Made by a program: the position numbers and the translations under genes
Part shown: positions 14,999-25,584 of the stretch, piece by piece
Layout of the letters: each line of letters starts with the position of its first letter
Position numbering within the stretch: the stretch's first letter is position 1
The notes under the pieces: model-generated
What the model saw: only the letters and a program-made list of their open reading frames with translations
The model's database searches: none
What the model was told of the DNA's origin: nothing
NCBI GenBank assembly: GCA_900770265.1
Contig: CAAGJR010000210.1
Coordinates: 1-41,450 of the forward strand
Length of the DNA: 41,450 nt
Direction: 5' to 3'
Origin: an uncultured Acidaminococcus sp.
Lineage (GTDB): Bacteria; Bacillota; Negativicutes; Acidaminococcales; Acidaminococcaceae

Positions 14999-16558
14999 TT
15001 AATCCACAACCGGGCCGGCAGAAGCGATGTCTTCCGTCACCTTGCCCTGGAACTTCTTGAAGTTCTCCTGGAACAGTTTGGCCAGCTTCCGGGCCGTTTC
15101 GTCATACGCAGCCTTGTCTTCCCAGGTGCTTCTGGGATTCAGCACGTTGCTGGGTACATTGGGGCAGGATTTGGGGATGGAGACCCCGAACAGAGGCATG
15201 GTGGTCCAGCCTTCCTTGCCCAGTTCCCCGTCCAGAGCCGCATGAATCATGGCACGGGTATAGGCCAGTTTCATCCGGCTGCCCACGCCGTAGGGGCCGC
15301 CGCTCCACCCGGTGTTCACCAGGTACACATTGGTCTCATGTTTGGCGATCCGTTCGCCCAGCAGTTTGGCATAGGTCAGCGGCTGCAGCGGCAGGAACGG
15401 TGCGCCGAAGGCTGTGGAGAACGTAGCCTGGGGTTCCGTGATGCCCCGTTCCGTACCGGCCACCTTGCTGGTGTACCCGGTCAGATAATGGTACATGGCC
15501 TGTTCTTTCGTCAGCTTGGAGATGGGAGGCAGTACCCCGAAGGCATCGGCGGTCAGGAAGATGATGTTCTTCGGATGGCCGGCCATGCTGGGCAGCTTGG
15601 CGTTGGGGATATAGTTCAGAGGATAGGCCACACGGGTGTTTTCCGTAATGCTGCTGTCGGAGAAGTCAGGTACCCCGTTCTTGGGATCCACCACAACGTT
15701 TTCCATGACGGCGCCGAATTTCACAGCATTGTAGATTTCCGGCTGGCTGTCTTCCGTCAGGTCGATGCACTTGGCATAGCAGCCCCCTTCGATGTTGAAC
15801 ACGCCATTGTCGCCCCAGCCGTGTTCATCGTCGCCGATCAGGCTGCGGTGCGGATCGGCGGACAGGGTGGTCTTACCGGTACCGGACAGGCCGAAGAACA
15901 GGGCTACGTCGCCCTTGGGCCCTTCGTTGCAGGAGCAGTGCATGGTCAGGATGTCCTGCAGGGGCAGCAGGTAGTTCATGACGGAGAAAATGGATTTCTT
16001 CAGTTCGCCGGCGTACAGGCCGCCGCCGATCAGGACCACTTTCTTGTCGAAGTTCAGGATGATGAAGGTTTCCGAATTCGTGCCGTCCACAGCGGGGTCT
16101 GCTTCCACGCTGGGCAGGGAGATTACCGTGAAATCTTCCTGGACGGTGCTGGGTTCATCCGTCTTGATGAACAGCTGGCTGACGAACAGGGTCTGCCAGG
16201 CTTTTTCGTTGATGAATTTCACCCGGATCTGGTACTTGGGATCGGCCCCGGCCTTCACGTTCTTCACGTAGACCTTGTGTTCCTTGATGTAGGCTTCGCA
16301 TTTGGCGTACAGCTTATCGAAGGTTTCCTGGCTGCAGGGCTGGTTGTTGTCCCAGTTCACCACATCATGGGTAAGCGGCGTATCGACGATGAATTTATCC
16401 TTGGGAGAACGGCCCGTATGGGTACCGGTGGTCACCCGCAGGGCGCCCCGATCAGAAAAAGTCCCCTCTCCGTTACGGATGGCTTCTTCAATCAATTCAC
16501 GAACGCTCAAATCTCTTACAGTTTCTTTCGCTTCCGCTAATAATCCGGCACTGATCAT
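14999..16558 (-). CDS. pckA: Phosphoenolpyruvate carboxykinase (ATP)
   Basis: [26 protein letters not shown] and EGGCYAK motifs; AGGAGAGG RBS before ATG 16558. Confidence 0.97.
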   Translation of the reverse strand: MISAGLLAEAKETVRDLSVRELIEEAIRNGEGTFSDRGALRVTTGTHTGRSPKDKFIVDTPLTHDVVNWDNNQPCSQETFDKLYAKCEAYIKEHKVYVKNVKAGADPKYQIRVKFINEKAWQTLFVSQLFIKTDEPSTVQEDFTVISLPSVEADPAVDGTNSETFIILNFDKKVVLIGGGLYAGELKKSIFSVMNYLLPLQDILTMHCSCNEGPKGDVALFFGLSGTGKTTLSADPHRSLIGDDEHGWGDNGVFNIEGGCYAKCIDLTEDSQPEIYNAVKFGAVMENVVVDPKNGVPDFSDSSITENTRVAYPLNYIPNAKLPSMAGHPKNIIFLTADAFGVLPPISKLTKEQAMYHYLTGYTSKVAGTERGITEPQATFSTAFGAPFLPLQPLTYAKLLGERIAKHETNVYLVNTGWSGGPYGVGSRMKLAYTRAMIHAALDGELGKEGWTTMPLFGVSIPKSCPNVPSNVLNPRSTWEDKAAYDETARKLAKLFQENFKKFQGKVTEDIASAGPVVD

Positions 16559-16611
16559 ATTGTTTTCCTCTCCTATATCCACTCTTGGCTCCTGCATTCC
16601 CCCGGAGCCAG

Positions 16612-16657
16612 TATTGTATACACAGTTCATTATATTCTATTTTCGGATAATTGACAA
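16612..16657 (-). promoter_or_regulatory. pckA promoter with a downstream TGTATACA palindrome
   Basis: Minus strand TTGTCA-17-TATAAT (16657-16629); TATTGTATACA at 16612-16622. Confidence 0.6.
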
Positions 16658-16663
16658 CAGCCG

Positions 16664-16695
16664 AAAAAAATTGCCGCCCCGAAAGGCGGCAATTT
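16664..16695 (-). terminator. Terminator after the acyl-CoA dehydrogenase gene
   Basis: AAATTGCCGCC..GGCGGCAATTT with an A-tract on the left. Confidence 0.8.
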
Positions 16696-16703
16696 GAAGT
16701 TGT

Positions 16704-17837
16704 TCAGTACAGGATCTTGTTGGCGATGACCATGCGCTGGATCTGGTTGGTGCCTTCGTAGATTTGCAGGATCTTGGCATCCCGCATCTTCTTTTCCATG
16801 GGGTAATCTTTCATATACCCATAGCCACCCATGATCTGTACGGCATCCGTAGCCACTTCCATGGCCACATCGGAAGCGAAGCATTTGCTCATGGCTGCTT
16901 CCTTGCCGAATTCCATGCCCTGGTCACGCATCCAGCAGGCCTTGTGGACCATCAGGCGGGCGGTTTCCACCTTCATCGCCATGTCGGCGATCATGGACTG
17001 CACCATCTGGAAGGAGGCGATGGGCTGGCCGAACTGTCTCCGTTCCCGGGCGTAGTGAGCAGCGATATCCAGGCAGGACTGGGCCAGGCCCACAGCTACA
17101 GCAGCCACGAAGGGACGGGCGCTGTCCAGGGTGTTCATGGCGATGCGGAAGCCCTGGCCTTCACGGCCGACCCGCATGCTTTCCGGAACCACAACGTCTT
17201 CCAGGATCAGTTCGCAGGTGTTGGAAGGACGGATCCCCATCTTGTCTTCCTTGCGGCCCACGGAGAAGCCCGGGGTGCCTTTCGGAACGATGAAAGCCGT
17301 CAGACCGCGGATACCGCCGGTCTTCCGGGTGTTGGCGAACACCAGATAGCTGTCGGCGATGCCCCCGTTGGTGATGAACACTTTGTTGCCGTTCAGCACG
17401 TAATGGTCGCCGTCTTTCACAGCTTTGGTGGAAACGGCACCGGCATCGGAACCGGCACCCGGTTCGGTCAGGGCGAAGGCAGCCAGTTTGCCGTCGTTCA
17501 GCAGGTCACACTGGTATTTCTTCTGTTCGTCGTTGCCGGCGATCAAAATGGGATAGGAAGCCAGGGCATTGGCAGCGATGGACGTTGCGATACCGGCACA
17601 GCCCTTCCCCAGTTCTTCGTAAATGGTTGCAATGGTGATGCTGTCCAGGCCAGGACCACCGTATTGTTCAGGAACCACCAGGTTCAGCAGCCCCATGTCA
17701 CCGGCCTTCTTGAAGATTTCCGGTCTGGCATGGTTTTCCCGGTCCATTTCTTCGGTATACGGAACGACTTCTTTGTCTACGAAGTCCTTAACCATTGCCT
17801 GCAGTTCCAATTGCTCTTCGGTTAATGCGAAATCCAT
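16704..17837 (-). CDS. Acyl-CoA dehydrogenase (butyryl-CoA dehydrogenase-like)
   Basis: AFALTEPGAGSD, KVFITNG, RRQFGQPI and IYEGTNQIQR motifs. Confidence 0.93.
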   Translation of the reverse strand: MDFALTEEQLELQAMVKDFVDKEVVPYTEEMDRENHARPEIFKKAGDMGLLNLVVPEQYGGPGLDSITIATIYEELGKGCAGIATSIAANALASYPILIAGNDEQKKYQCDLLNDGKLAAFALTEPGAGSDAGAVSTKAVKDGDHYVLNGNKVFITNGGIADSYLVFANTRKTGGIRGLTAFIVPKGTPGFSVGRKEDKMGIRPSNTCELILEDVVVPESMRVGREGQGFRIAMNTLDSARPFVAAVAVGLAQSCLDIAAHYARERRQFGQPIASFQMVQSMIADMAMKVETARLMVHKACWMRDQGMEFGKEAAMSKCFASDVAMEVATDAVQIMGGYGYMKDYPMEKKMRDAKILQIYEGTNQIQRMVIANKILY

Positions 17838-17896
17838 AAGGTTCCTCCTGTTTTATCGTTTTTGCTCACGTTTTTAAGCCTAAATGCAGGGATATT

Positions 17897-18346
17897 TTAC
17901 CACTTTTTCGGAATTTCGTCAAAATGACCGATCACGAACATGGTCCCCGTCACATCCGCCATTTCCTTGCCCGTATGGTCGTAGATCATGACCCGGGTCA
18001 CCAGGGTCGAACGCCCTGCATGGATCAGGGAGGCCTTGGCCCACACCTTTTCCTTGGCGCTGGTGTTGCTGATGAAATTGATGGAGCTGGACAGGGTCAC
18101 CACCTTGCAGCCGATGCTGTACCCCACCGCCCCCATGGCCGTATCCGCCAGGGTGAACAGGGCACCGCCGTGGATCACACCGTACCGGTTCCCGTGTTTG
18201 TGTTCCGGGTCCGCATCCATGCTCAGTTCGCAGTACCCGCAGGTCACTTTTTCCAGTTTTACATCCGCCAGCTTCATGAAACTGTTCTCATCGAACTTCT
18301 GTTCCATCCAGCCCGGGATCTCTTTTGCCGTCAGCAAGGCTTTCAC
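17897..18346 (-). CDS. PaaI-family hotdog thioesterase
   Basis: NRYGVIHGG..TLAD motif. Start uncertain (GTG 18346 or a TTG a few codons downstream). Confidence 0.88.
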   Translation of the reverse strand: MKALLTAKEIPGWMEQKFDENSFMKLADVKLEKVTCGYCELSMDADPEHKHGNRYGVIHGGALFTLADTAMGAVGYSIGCKVVTLSSSINFISNTSAKEKVWAKASLIHAGRSTLVTRVMIYDHTGKEMADVTGTMFVIGHFDEIPKKW

Positions 18347-18413
18347 TCCTTTAAAAAGGGGCGCTCTGCAGCGTCCCCCATCTAGTTCTGATTCTATATA
18401 TTATACCGCATTT

Positions 18414-18998
18414 TTACAGAATATACACGCGTACCCGCCGACGGCCCCATTCAAGCGCCTGTCCGCGGTTATCAAATGCCAGGTCGATTTTATTGCCCTT
18501 GATCGCCGATCCGATGTCGCAGGCATATCCTTCGCCATAGCCCATTATGTATAATCTGGTACCCAGAGGGATGATCACCGGATCCACGGCCACCACGCCC
18601 CGTCGCATGGGAAGCCCGGAATACGTGATTCCCGATACACCCGGATCCTGAGGGCTGTACCCTGTGGTTTCCATGGTCCAGGTCTTCCGGAACCGTCCGA
18701 AATCCAGTCCGCTCTGTTTCGCCATTAAATTGTAGATCGACCAGGTAACCTGCCCGGTCTGCGGTTTCCGATTCTTCTGTTGGAATTTCTTGACTGCAAT
18801 CTGTGTCCCTGTTCCGTACTCTCCATCTATATCGCCGTGATAGTAATTCAACTTGGACAACATAGCTTGTACTTCTTCCACCTTTTGACCCGTAGACCCC
18901 AAAACCGCCACTGGTTTCACAGTGGCGGCTTTACCGGTCAGGGGCATCAGGAGAAGGAGCAGGAGCGTCAGCAGGAGACCATAGGTCTTGTGACGCAC
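18414..18998 (-). CDS. Secreted peptidoglycan-binding and 3D-domain protein
   Basis: Signal peptide; PG_binding_1 motif DGEYG..T..AVKKFQ; 3D motifs VAVDP..IPLGT and DIGSAIKGNKID. Confidence 0.9.
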   Translation of the reverse strand: MRHKTYGLLLTLLLLLLMPLTGKAATVKPVAVLGSTGQKVEEVQAMLSKLNYYHGDIDGEYGTGTQIAVKKFQQKNRKPQTGQVTWSIYNLMAKQSGLDFGRFRKTWTMETTGYSPQDPGVSGITYSGLPMRRGVVAVDPVIIPLGTRLYIMGYGEGYACDIGSAIKGNKIDLAFDNRGQALEWGRRRVRVYIL

Positions 18999-19031
18999 TG
19001 TGCGGCTGCCTCCTTTGCTGCAATGATCCTT

Positions 19032-20930
19032 TTACAGGATGTTGTTCTTGTAATCAGTGTACAGGCCTTCCAGTTCTTCCATCTTGGCATCCAGGGTCTT
19101 CTGCAGATTGGAGGCTTTGTCGAAGTCGCCGTCAGCGAAGGCTTTGTCCAGCTGGGTGAACAGGCTGGTGCTGGTATCCGTATCTTTGGCGATCAGGACA
19201 CGCAGTTCCTGTACTCTCTGCCACATGCCATCGTCCCAGGCGGTGCTGCTTTCGCTGGCCACCGGTTTCATGGCGACAATCTTGGCTCTGTAGTCAGGGA
19301 TGATGTGTTTCAGCAGTTCGGTCTGCCACCGGATTAGGGCGCCGGTTTCGAAGGATTTCAGGTAAACCGGTTTGATGATATCGCCCTGGGTCAGTACGGC
19401 AACCTTGTCAGGGTAAGCATCGAAGGCTTTGCAGTTTTCCCATACGGTCGCAGGCGGTTTGCCGAAGTATTTATCCCGTTCGTCTTCGGTGTAATCTTCG
19501 AATACATCGTTTTCGGAACGATATTCGCGGTCTTTTTCCAGATAGAAGCTGTCTTCACCGGACTTCTTGGACAGTTCCGCACACAGTTCATCCGTGCTCT
19601 TGCCGGAGCCCAGGCAGGCTTTGATGCCATCCAGAGCAGCCATGTAGAAGCCGGCCAGCGCCATGTAGGTGTTGGTGAAGGGGTTCGGGGCACGCATTTC
19701 GAAACGGGTGGCTTTCGGGTTGTCCAGGTCGCGGATCAGGCCGGCCAGGATGGTACGGTTCCGGGAGGGGATATCCGGAGCCTTGCCCAGAGAAGTCACG
19801 ATGCAGATCGGAGCTTCGAACCCGGGTTTCAGCCGTTTGAAAGCATCAGTGGTGCAGGAAACGATGGGGTTCAACACTTCGTAGTTCTTCAGGATGCCCA
19901 TCAGAGCGCCATAGCCTACAGCGGACAGGAAGTCCTTCGTCATGTCAGCAGGGCTGAACAGGTTGTGGAACTTGCCGTCCTTGGTGATGCAGCCCATACC
20001 AACGTGGGTATGTTCGCCGCTGCCGGCTACGCCCACGATGGGTTTTGCCAGGAAGGAAACTTCCAGGCCGTTGGCACGGAAGATTTCTTTCACCACGGTA
20101 CGGACCAGGATTTCGTTATCGGCAGCCTGCAGACCGTTGGAATATTTCCAGTCGATTTCCAGCTGTTCGTTCACGTGGGTCATATTGCCGTTGGCATCCA
20201 GCTGGCCGCGGACGCCGCCCACTTCTTTGTGGCCCATTTCCGGTTCCAGGCCATAGTAGCCCAGCACTTCGACGGCCTGTTCCAGAGCGGTACGCACGTT
20301 GCCACGGGTACGGGCCCAGTATTGTTCCTGCATGATCTGGGAAGAGGACAGGGCTTCGGTGGAAACATCTTCCGTCGGGGTCTTGACCCAGAATTCCAGT
20401 TCCGTTGCGCTGGTGAACGTGACTTTTTCCACGTCGTCAGCGGCAAAAGCCAGGCCGGGGACGTTGCCTTCTGCCTTCATGGCTTTCAGGGTTTCGTCGG
20501 CCACGTATTCCAGGGTCTTCTTCAGCAGATACCGGGAATCCACGAATTCGCCGTTGTGTTTCAGGAAGCAGGGAACCCGCAGGGTGCCTACCAGTTTACC
20601 GGTTTCCGGATCGATGTGTTCCAGGTTGTAGTCGATGAACCAGTTCACGGACAGGTCAGCCACCATATCCACACGGGCATCGTTCAGAGAAGCGACGCCG
20701 GGCAGTACTACGGAAGAACCGTCGGTCTGTGCGGTGTGATGGTACAGCATGGTGTCCATGTCGTCCAGCAGAGCAGCGATAGGAACCTTTTCGTCGGTAT
20801 CGTTGCCGGCGAAGTCGATGCCCATGAAGGACACGAATTTGATTTCAGGATGCTGAGCCAGCAGAACTTTTAACGTATCCGGTGTCAGTTGACTGGGTTT
20901 AATGACGTACAGTAAATCTTTTTCGTACAT
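19032..20930 (-). CDS. glnA: Glutamine synthetase (long clostridial type)
   Basis: TDGSS, ELEF, HKEVGG, GSGEHTH, RLKPGFEAP and RFEMR motifs; start ATG 20930. Confidence 0.88.
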   Translation of the reverse strand: MYEKDLLYVIKPSQLTPDTLKVLLAQHPEIKFVSFMGIDFAGNDTDEKVPIAALLDDMDTMLYHHTAQTDGSSVVLPGVASLNDARVDMVADLSVNWFIDYNLEHIDPETGKLVGTLRVPCFLKHNGEFVDSRYLLKKTLEYVADETLKAMKAEGNVPGLAFAADDVEKVTFTSATELEFWVKTPTEDVSTEALSSSQIMQEQYWARTRGNVRTALEQAVEVLGYYGLEPEMGHKEVGGVRGQLDANGNMTHVNEQLEIDWKYSNGLQAADNEILVRTVVKEIFRANGLEVSFLAKPIVGVAGSGEHTHVGMGCITKDGKFHNLFSPADMTKDFLSAVGYGALMGILKNYEVLNPIVSCTTDAFKRLKPGFEAPICIVTSLGKAPDIPSRNRTILAGLIRDLDNPKATRFEMRAPNPFTNTYMALAGFYMAALDGIKACLGSGKSTDELCAELSKKSGEDSFYLEKDREYRSENDVFEDYTEDERDKYFGKPPATVWENCKAFDAYPDKVAVLTQGDIIKPVYLKSFETGALIRWQTELLKHIIPDYRAKIVAMKPVASESSTAWDDGMWQRVQELRVLIAKDTDTSTSLFTQLDKAFADGDFDKASNLQKTLDAKMEELEGLYTDYKNNIL

Positions 20931-21205
20931 AATTGAAAATCCCCTTTCCCCTCGATAACTCATTTTGAATACCTGGCTTGGCCAATTGGTGCGTTCCAAA
21001 ACCCGTATCCTTGTTGTTTCTTTGTTTACGTGCCTTATTATAGCACAAAGGCTTCCGTCTGCCTAGAGGAAAAACGACTTTTTTCGAATTATTTTTTGGT
21101 TAGTTTTTATGAATGTTCGATTTTAAATACTCTTTATCGTATTTTAGCCTTTTAAAGATTGACCAAAGTCAATTGTTCGTCCTATTTCCGAACTTTAGTG
21201 CAATA

Positions 21206-21319
21206 AAGGAGCTGTGAATAAAATACTTCACAGCTCCTTATATTGCCAGCATCAGCTGGCTTCCATCGGCTGGTGACTAGTGACTAGTGACGGGATGTGA
21301 AAAATCATTTTCACATCCC
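21206..21319 (-). repeat. Heptamer module between two TGTGA..TCACA hairpins
   Basis: Highly similar to 12136-12258; the right hairpin contains the stop codon of the upstream gene. Confidence 0.85.
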
Positions 21320-21628
21320 CTTGATCTGCCGATAATGCTGGCGGGCATCCCGGTAGGCGGCCAGGATGGCCTTGCCGGAGGATCCGAAATACCGGCTGTT
21401 CACTTCCTGCTCCAGGAATGCGGCGTCCTCCACCATCAGGTGGTTCAGGAACAGCTTCCGGATGAAGTTCCGGGTCAGTTCCAGCGTGGCATTGCAGTCC
21501 ACGTCCACGATCTCTCCGGTCTGCCCCACCACCTCGAACGCCATGTAGAACACCCCATAGATCTTCGTGATGGCATTGTCCATATTCGTCCGGGCTTCCC
21601 CCGTGATATAAATCGTCCGTTTGTCCAT
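21311..21628 (-). CDS. DUF3870-like small protein
   Basis: TIYITGEAR..NAIT..Y and RYFGSSGKAI motifs recognised from memory. Confidence 0.75.
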   Translation of the reverse strand: MDKRTIYITGEARTNMDNAITKIYGVFYMAFEVVGQTGEIVDVDCNATLELTRNFIRKLFLNHLMVEDAAFLEQEVNSRYFGSSGKAILAAYRDARQHYRQIKGM

Positions 21629-21654
21629 GTTCCTGTGTCTCCTTCGGTAGTATT

Positions 21655-21686
21655 AAAAGGGGCTGTGATTTTTCACAGCCCCTTTT
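21655..21686. terminator. Bidirectional hairpin after the DUF819 gene
   Basis: AAAAGGGGCTGTGA-TTTT-TCACAGCCCCTTTT. Confidence 0.7.
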
Positions 21687-21716
21687 CTGGTCTGGATGAT
21701 GTCTCCATTATACCCC

Positions 21717-22898
21717 TCAGGCCATCATTTTCAAAACGTACCCGCAGATCAGGCCGGCGAAGTTGCCGATGGCGGCGCCCAGCACCCCCATCAATACGCC
21801 GATGCCGGCGTAGGATTCATTGTAGGCCGAAGCTACGATGGGCGCCGAAGCCGCCCCGCCGATATTGGCCAGGGACGCGGTGGACACCATGCACAGATCC
21901 CAGTGGAACAGCTTGCTGAGCACGTACATGAGCACCACATGCACCGCCAGGATGAAGAACCCGTACACCACCCACATGGGAGCGCTGAGCAGATCCATGA
22001 CGGAAGCGGTGGAAGCCAGCAGGGAAACCACAGCGTACAGGTATACGCTGGACAGTTCTTCCACAGCCGGCACTTTACCCAGCGGGCTCATGGCGCACAC
22101 CAGGCCCAGCACGGTGACGAACACGGTGGTCATGGTGCCCTTATCGAACATGCCCAGGCCCACAGCCTTCAGAGAAGCGTTCAGGGAAGCCCCCACGCTC
22201 TGGCTGATGGCGGACACCAGCAGGGACACACCGATCAGGAAGATCCAGTCCGCTGCCGTAGCCTTTTTCTTTTCCTTGGCCACTTCCGCCGCAGCCGCAT
22301 CGGCCACTGCCTGCAGCTTGGACGTATCGGCCTTCACGGCGTTATTCCATTTCGGTGCGTATTTCACCATGAGCAGCAGCAGGGCGATCCACACAGAGTA
22401 GCACACCGTATCCAGGGCCAGGGCGCAGCTGTAGGCACCGGCATCCACCGGCAGGGCTGCCTGCATGGCCGCCATGTTGGCAGAACCGCCGACCCAGGAG
22501 GCATACAGGGCTGCCACGGCGCCCCAGGTGTCGTTACCCAGGAAGCCCTTGAAAATGGGGTAGCCGATGACGAACCCGGCGAACAGGGTCACGGAGCAGC
22601 CCAGGAAGATGGCCACCATCCGGCCGCCCAGTTTGGCCAGTTTCCGGAAGTCGCAGCGCAGCAGCATGACAAAGATCATGGCATACAGCAGGTTATTCTT
22701 CAGTGCTTTGTACGCAGCGGAAACTTCCTTGGAATGGTACAGGCCCATGGTACAGAACACCATGTTCAATACGTAGATCCACACCAGAGGCGGGACCAGG
22801 TTGAATACTTTCCACTTCGTGTATTTTTCCAGAGCCAGCAGGCCGCCGGCCAGGAACATCAGGAATGCAATATAGGTAAAGCCGTTGGTGATCACCAT
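21717..22898 (-). CDS. DUF819 family polytopic membrane protein (putative transporter)
   Basis: SWVGGSANM and SLANIGGAASA repeat motifs; many transmembrane segments. Confidence 0.85.
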   Translation of the reverse strand: MVITNGFTYIAFLMFLAGGLLALEKYTKWKVFNLVPPLVWIYVLNMVFCTMGLYHSKEVSAAYKALKNNLLYAMIFVMLLRCDFRKLAKLGGRMVAIFLGCSVTLFAGFVIGYPIFKGFLGNDTWGAVAALYASWVGGSANMAAMQAALPVDAGAYSCALALDTVCYSVWIALLLLMVKYAPKWNNAVKADTSKLQAVADAAAAEVAKEKKKATAADWIFLIGVSLLVSAISQSVGASLNASLKAVGLGMFDKGTMTTVFVTVLGLVCAMSPLGKVPAVEELSSVYLYAVVSLLASTASVMDLLSAPMWVVYGFFILAVHVVLMYVLSKLFHWDLCMVSTASLANIGGAASAPIVASAYNESYAGIGVLMGVLGAAIGNFAGLICGYVLKMMA

Positions 22899-22934
22899 CG
22901 TTCATCTCCCCTTTCTCTTTTCCCGGACCGACGG

Positions 22935-24029
22935 TCAGTCGTCCAGGTACCGGATGCCTTCGATGCCGGTAATGCCCAGCCCCGGAGCATCGCTGACGGT
23001 AATGTGTTTTTCGTTGAAGACGGCGCCGCCCAGCACCGGGTCTTCCGAGCACAGCACCGGCCCGTCCAGGTCGATCTTCGTGATGATCTTCCGGGCGCAG
23101 GCCAGGTGGACGGCCGCGTTGACGCTGACCTTGGCCTCCAGCATGCAGCCGATCATACATTCCACGCCGCAGACTTCCGCCAGGGTGGCGATCTTCAGGG
23201 CGTTGGTCAGGCCGCCGCATTTCATCAGCTTGATGTTGATCAGGTCCGCCGCCTGCATCTGGACGATCTTCAGGGCATCCTCCACGGAGAATACGCTTTC
23301 GTCGGCCAGCACCGGTACATAGGACCGTTCCGTCACGTATTTCAGGCCGTCGTAGTCGTGGGCCTTCACCGGCTGTTCCACCAGCTCGATGTCCAGTCCC
23401 TTATCCTGCATCTGGTTCAGCAGCTTCACGGCCTGTTTCGGCGTCCAGGCCTGGTTGGCGTCGATGCGGATCCGGATGTCCGGCCCCACGGCCTTGCGGA
23501 TGGCAGCCAGCCGGGCCACATCCAGGGAGGGATCGATACCCACTTTGACCTTCAAAGTATCATAGCCCCGCTGTACCGCATTGATGGCATCCCGGGCCAT
23601 TTCCTCCGGCGGGTTCACGCTGATGGTCAGGTCCGTGACGATCTGGTTCCGGGCCCCGCCCAGCATCTTGTACACCGGGATGCCGTACTTCTTGCCGTAC
23701 AGATCCCACAGGGCGATATCGGCAGCCGCCTTGGCGCTGGTGTTCTTCACGATGCATTTCTGCACGGCCTGGGTGATGTCCTCGAAATCGTCCACATCCC
23801 GGCCCACCAGGGTCTTCGTGATATGGTCCTGGAACGCCCCGATAATAGCGCCAGTGGTATCCCCGGTGATGGCCCCGGTGGGAGGCGCTTCCCCGAAGCC
23901 CACTTCCCCGGTATCCGTATGGATTTCCACGATCACATCTTCCACGCTGTTCACCTGGCGCAGGGCCGTCTTGAACGGCACCCGCAGGGGGACGGAGATC
24001 CGTCCCAGCCGTACTTTCGTAATCTTCAT
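22935..24029 (-). CDS. Dipeptide (L-Ala-D/L-Glu-type) epimerase, enolase superfamily
   Basis: PFKTALR, LKVKVG, IDANQ, VEQP, ADES, NIKLMKCGG and DLDGP motifs. Confidence 0.92.
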   Translation of the reverse strand: MKITKVRLGRISVPLRVPFKTALRQVNSVEDVIVEIHTDTGEVGFGEAPPTGAITGDTTGAIIGAFQDHITKTLVGRDVDDFEDITQAVQKCIVKNTSAKAAADIALWDLYGKKYGIPVYKMLGGARNQIVTDLTISVNPPEEMARDAINAVQRGYDTLKVKVGIDPSLDVARLAAIRKAVGPDIRIRIDANQAWTPKQAVKLLNQMQDKGLDIELVEQPVKAHDYDGLKYVTERSYVPVLADESVFSVEDALKIVQMQAADLINIKLMKCGGLTNALKIATLAEVCGVECMIGCMLEAKVSVNAAVHLACARKIITKIDLDGPVLCSEDPVLGGAVFNEKHITVSDAPGLGITGIEGIRYLDD

Positions 24030-24041
24030 GATGGTTCCTCC

Positions 24042-25421
24042 TTATCTGGCCAGCCGGTACAGGGCCTCCGCATAGATGTGGGCGTTCAGTACCAGTTTCT
24101 CGATTTCCCAGTATTCATTGGGCAGGTGTTCCCGCACCGCATCCCCCGGGAAGATGGGCCCGAAAGCCACGATGTTCGGGATGGCCTTGGCATAGGTACC
24201 GCCGCCGATGCACAGGGTGCCGGGCTTGAAGTCCGTCATTTCTCCGTACACCTGGAGCAGGGTCTGGATGTAGGGTGTCTTCGGGTCCACGTACAGGGCC
24301 TTCTTGTGGGTCTCGGATACTTTGGCAAAGCCCGCGGCAGCGAAGGCAGCGTCCAGTTTCGGTGCACAGTCCTCATAGTGCTTCGTCACCGGGTACCGGT
24401 AGTTGATCTTCACGGTCAGCTCTTTGTCATCGGCTTCCGCCACACCCACGTTGAAGGACAGCTTGCCGGAATCAGTATCCTCCAGGCAGATGCCCAGGGA
24501 TTCCCCGTGGACTTCCAGCCCGATCTTGTCGGCCAGGAACGTCAGGGTGTCTTTCAGTTCCCCGCTGAACGGCAGCTGGGTCAGGGCCTTGAACAGCCGG
24601 CCGGCAGCGTTTTCGCCCTGTTCCGGATGGGCCGCATGGGCCTGTACCCCCTGGGCCACCACCTTCAGGCCTTCCGGTACCACTTCCCACTGCACCTTGG
24701 GTTCCGGTTTCACCACTTCCTCCAGCAGCCGGGTGGCTTCCGCCGGCGCACAGGCCACAACAGCTTCAGCCAGGGCCGGCACTACGTTGAATGCCGAACC
24801 GGCCTTTAGGCGCTTCAGCACCACCGGACCACTCTGGGTGTAGGTTTTGGAGAACGTCACGTTGATGATGCCCTTTTCCCCGTTGATCACCGGGTATTCC
24901 CCGTCGGGAGTAAAGCCGCACACCGGGATTTCTCCGCCTTTTTCCAGATAATGCTTCATGTCGGCACTGCCGGTCTCCTCATTGGTGCCGAACAGGATGC
25001 GGATCCGCCGTTTCAGGGGCACGCCGCTGTCCTTCAGGGCCTTCAGCGCATACAGGGCTGCTGTGGTGGGGCCTTTATCGTCCATGGTTCCCCGGCCGTA
25101 CACGTTCGTGCCGTCGCAGTCACCGCTGTACGGGTCCCGGTCCCAGCCGTCCCCTTCCGGCACCACATCCAGATGCCCCAGCACGGCCACCATTTCAGGG
25201 CCTTCGCCATACTCGCACCAGCCCATGTAGTTATCCACATTCTCCGTCTTGAAGCCCATGGCGGCGGCTTTCTGCAGCATGAAGTCCAGGCATTTCGCCG
25301 GCCCTTCCCCGAACGGTTTCCCCGGTTGTGCGTCTTCCCGGACACTCTTGATCCGGACGGCCTGCTGCAGCGTTTCCACCATGGCCTGTTTGTTGTTGTC
25401 TACCCATTTTGTCAATTCCAT
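24042..25421 (-). CDS. pepV: M20 dipeptidase PepV
   Basis: GHLDVVP, GRGTMDDKG, NEETG, GEKG and GGGTYA motifs. Confidence 0.9.
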   Translation of the reverse strand: MELTKWVDNNKQAMVETLQQAVRIKSVREDAQPGKPFGEGPAKCLDFMLQKAAAMGFKTENVDNYMGWCEYGEGPEMVAVLGHLDVVPEGDGWDRDPYSGDCDGTNVYGRGTMDDKGPTTAALYALKALKDSGVPLKRRIRILFGTNEETGSADMKHYLEKGGEIPVCGFTPDGEYPVINGEKGIINVTFSKTYTQSGPVVLKRLKAGSAFNVVPALAEAVVACAPAEATRLLEEVVKPEPKVQWEVVPEGLKVVAQGVQAHAAHPEQGENAAGRLFKALTQLPFSGELKDTLTFLADKIGLEVHGESLGICLEDTDSGKLSFNVGVAEADDKELTVKINYRYPVTKHYEDCAPKLDAAFAAAGFAKVSETHKKALYVDPKTPYIQTLLQVYGEMTDFKPGTLCIGGGTYAKAIPNIVAFGPIFPGDAVREHLPNEYWEIEKLVLNAHIYAEALYRLAR

Positions 25422-25459
25422 CGGTCTGCCTCCCTTAGTCCATCACCGGAAAATGCCGG

Positions 25460-25515
25460 AATAAGAAAAGTCCCAGCAAAGCGCAAAAATCCCTTTCTGC
25501 ACCTTTGCTGGGACT
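25460..25515 (-). terminator. Intrinsic terminator inside the pepV 5' leader (attenuator candidate)
   Basis: 13-bp perfect stem AGTCCCAGCAAAG/CTTTGCTGGGACT followed by a T-rich tract on the minus strand. Confidence 0.75.
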
Positions 25516-25584
25516 CAATCTGCTTCCTGGAACAGGGTGAATGTTCCACACAGAATGAAACAGCATTTCAACGGTTCTAAATTT

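Noticed and set aside
21696..24809. 1037-aa plus-strand ORF, and similar long antisense ORFs (5376-7727, 8159-10168, 14732-16540, 35098-37833)
   Set aside because: Shadow frames opposite well-supported genes in high-GC3 DNA, with no recognisable motifs or RBS.
25435..25566. 43-codon leader peptide upstream of pepV
   Set aside because: No SD, no run of regulatory codons, and it runs through the terminator; probably incidental.
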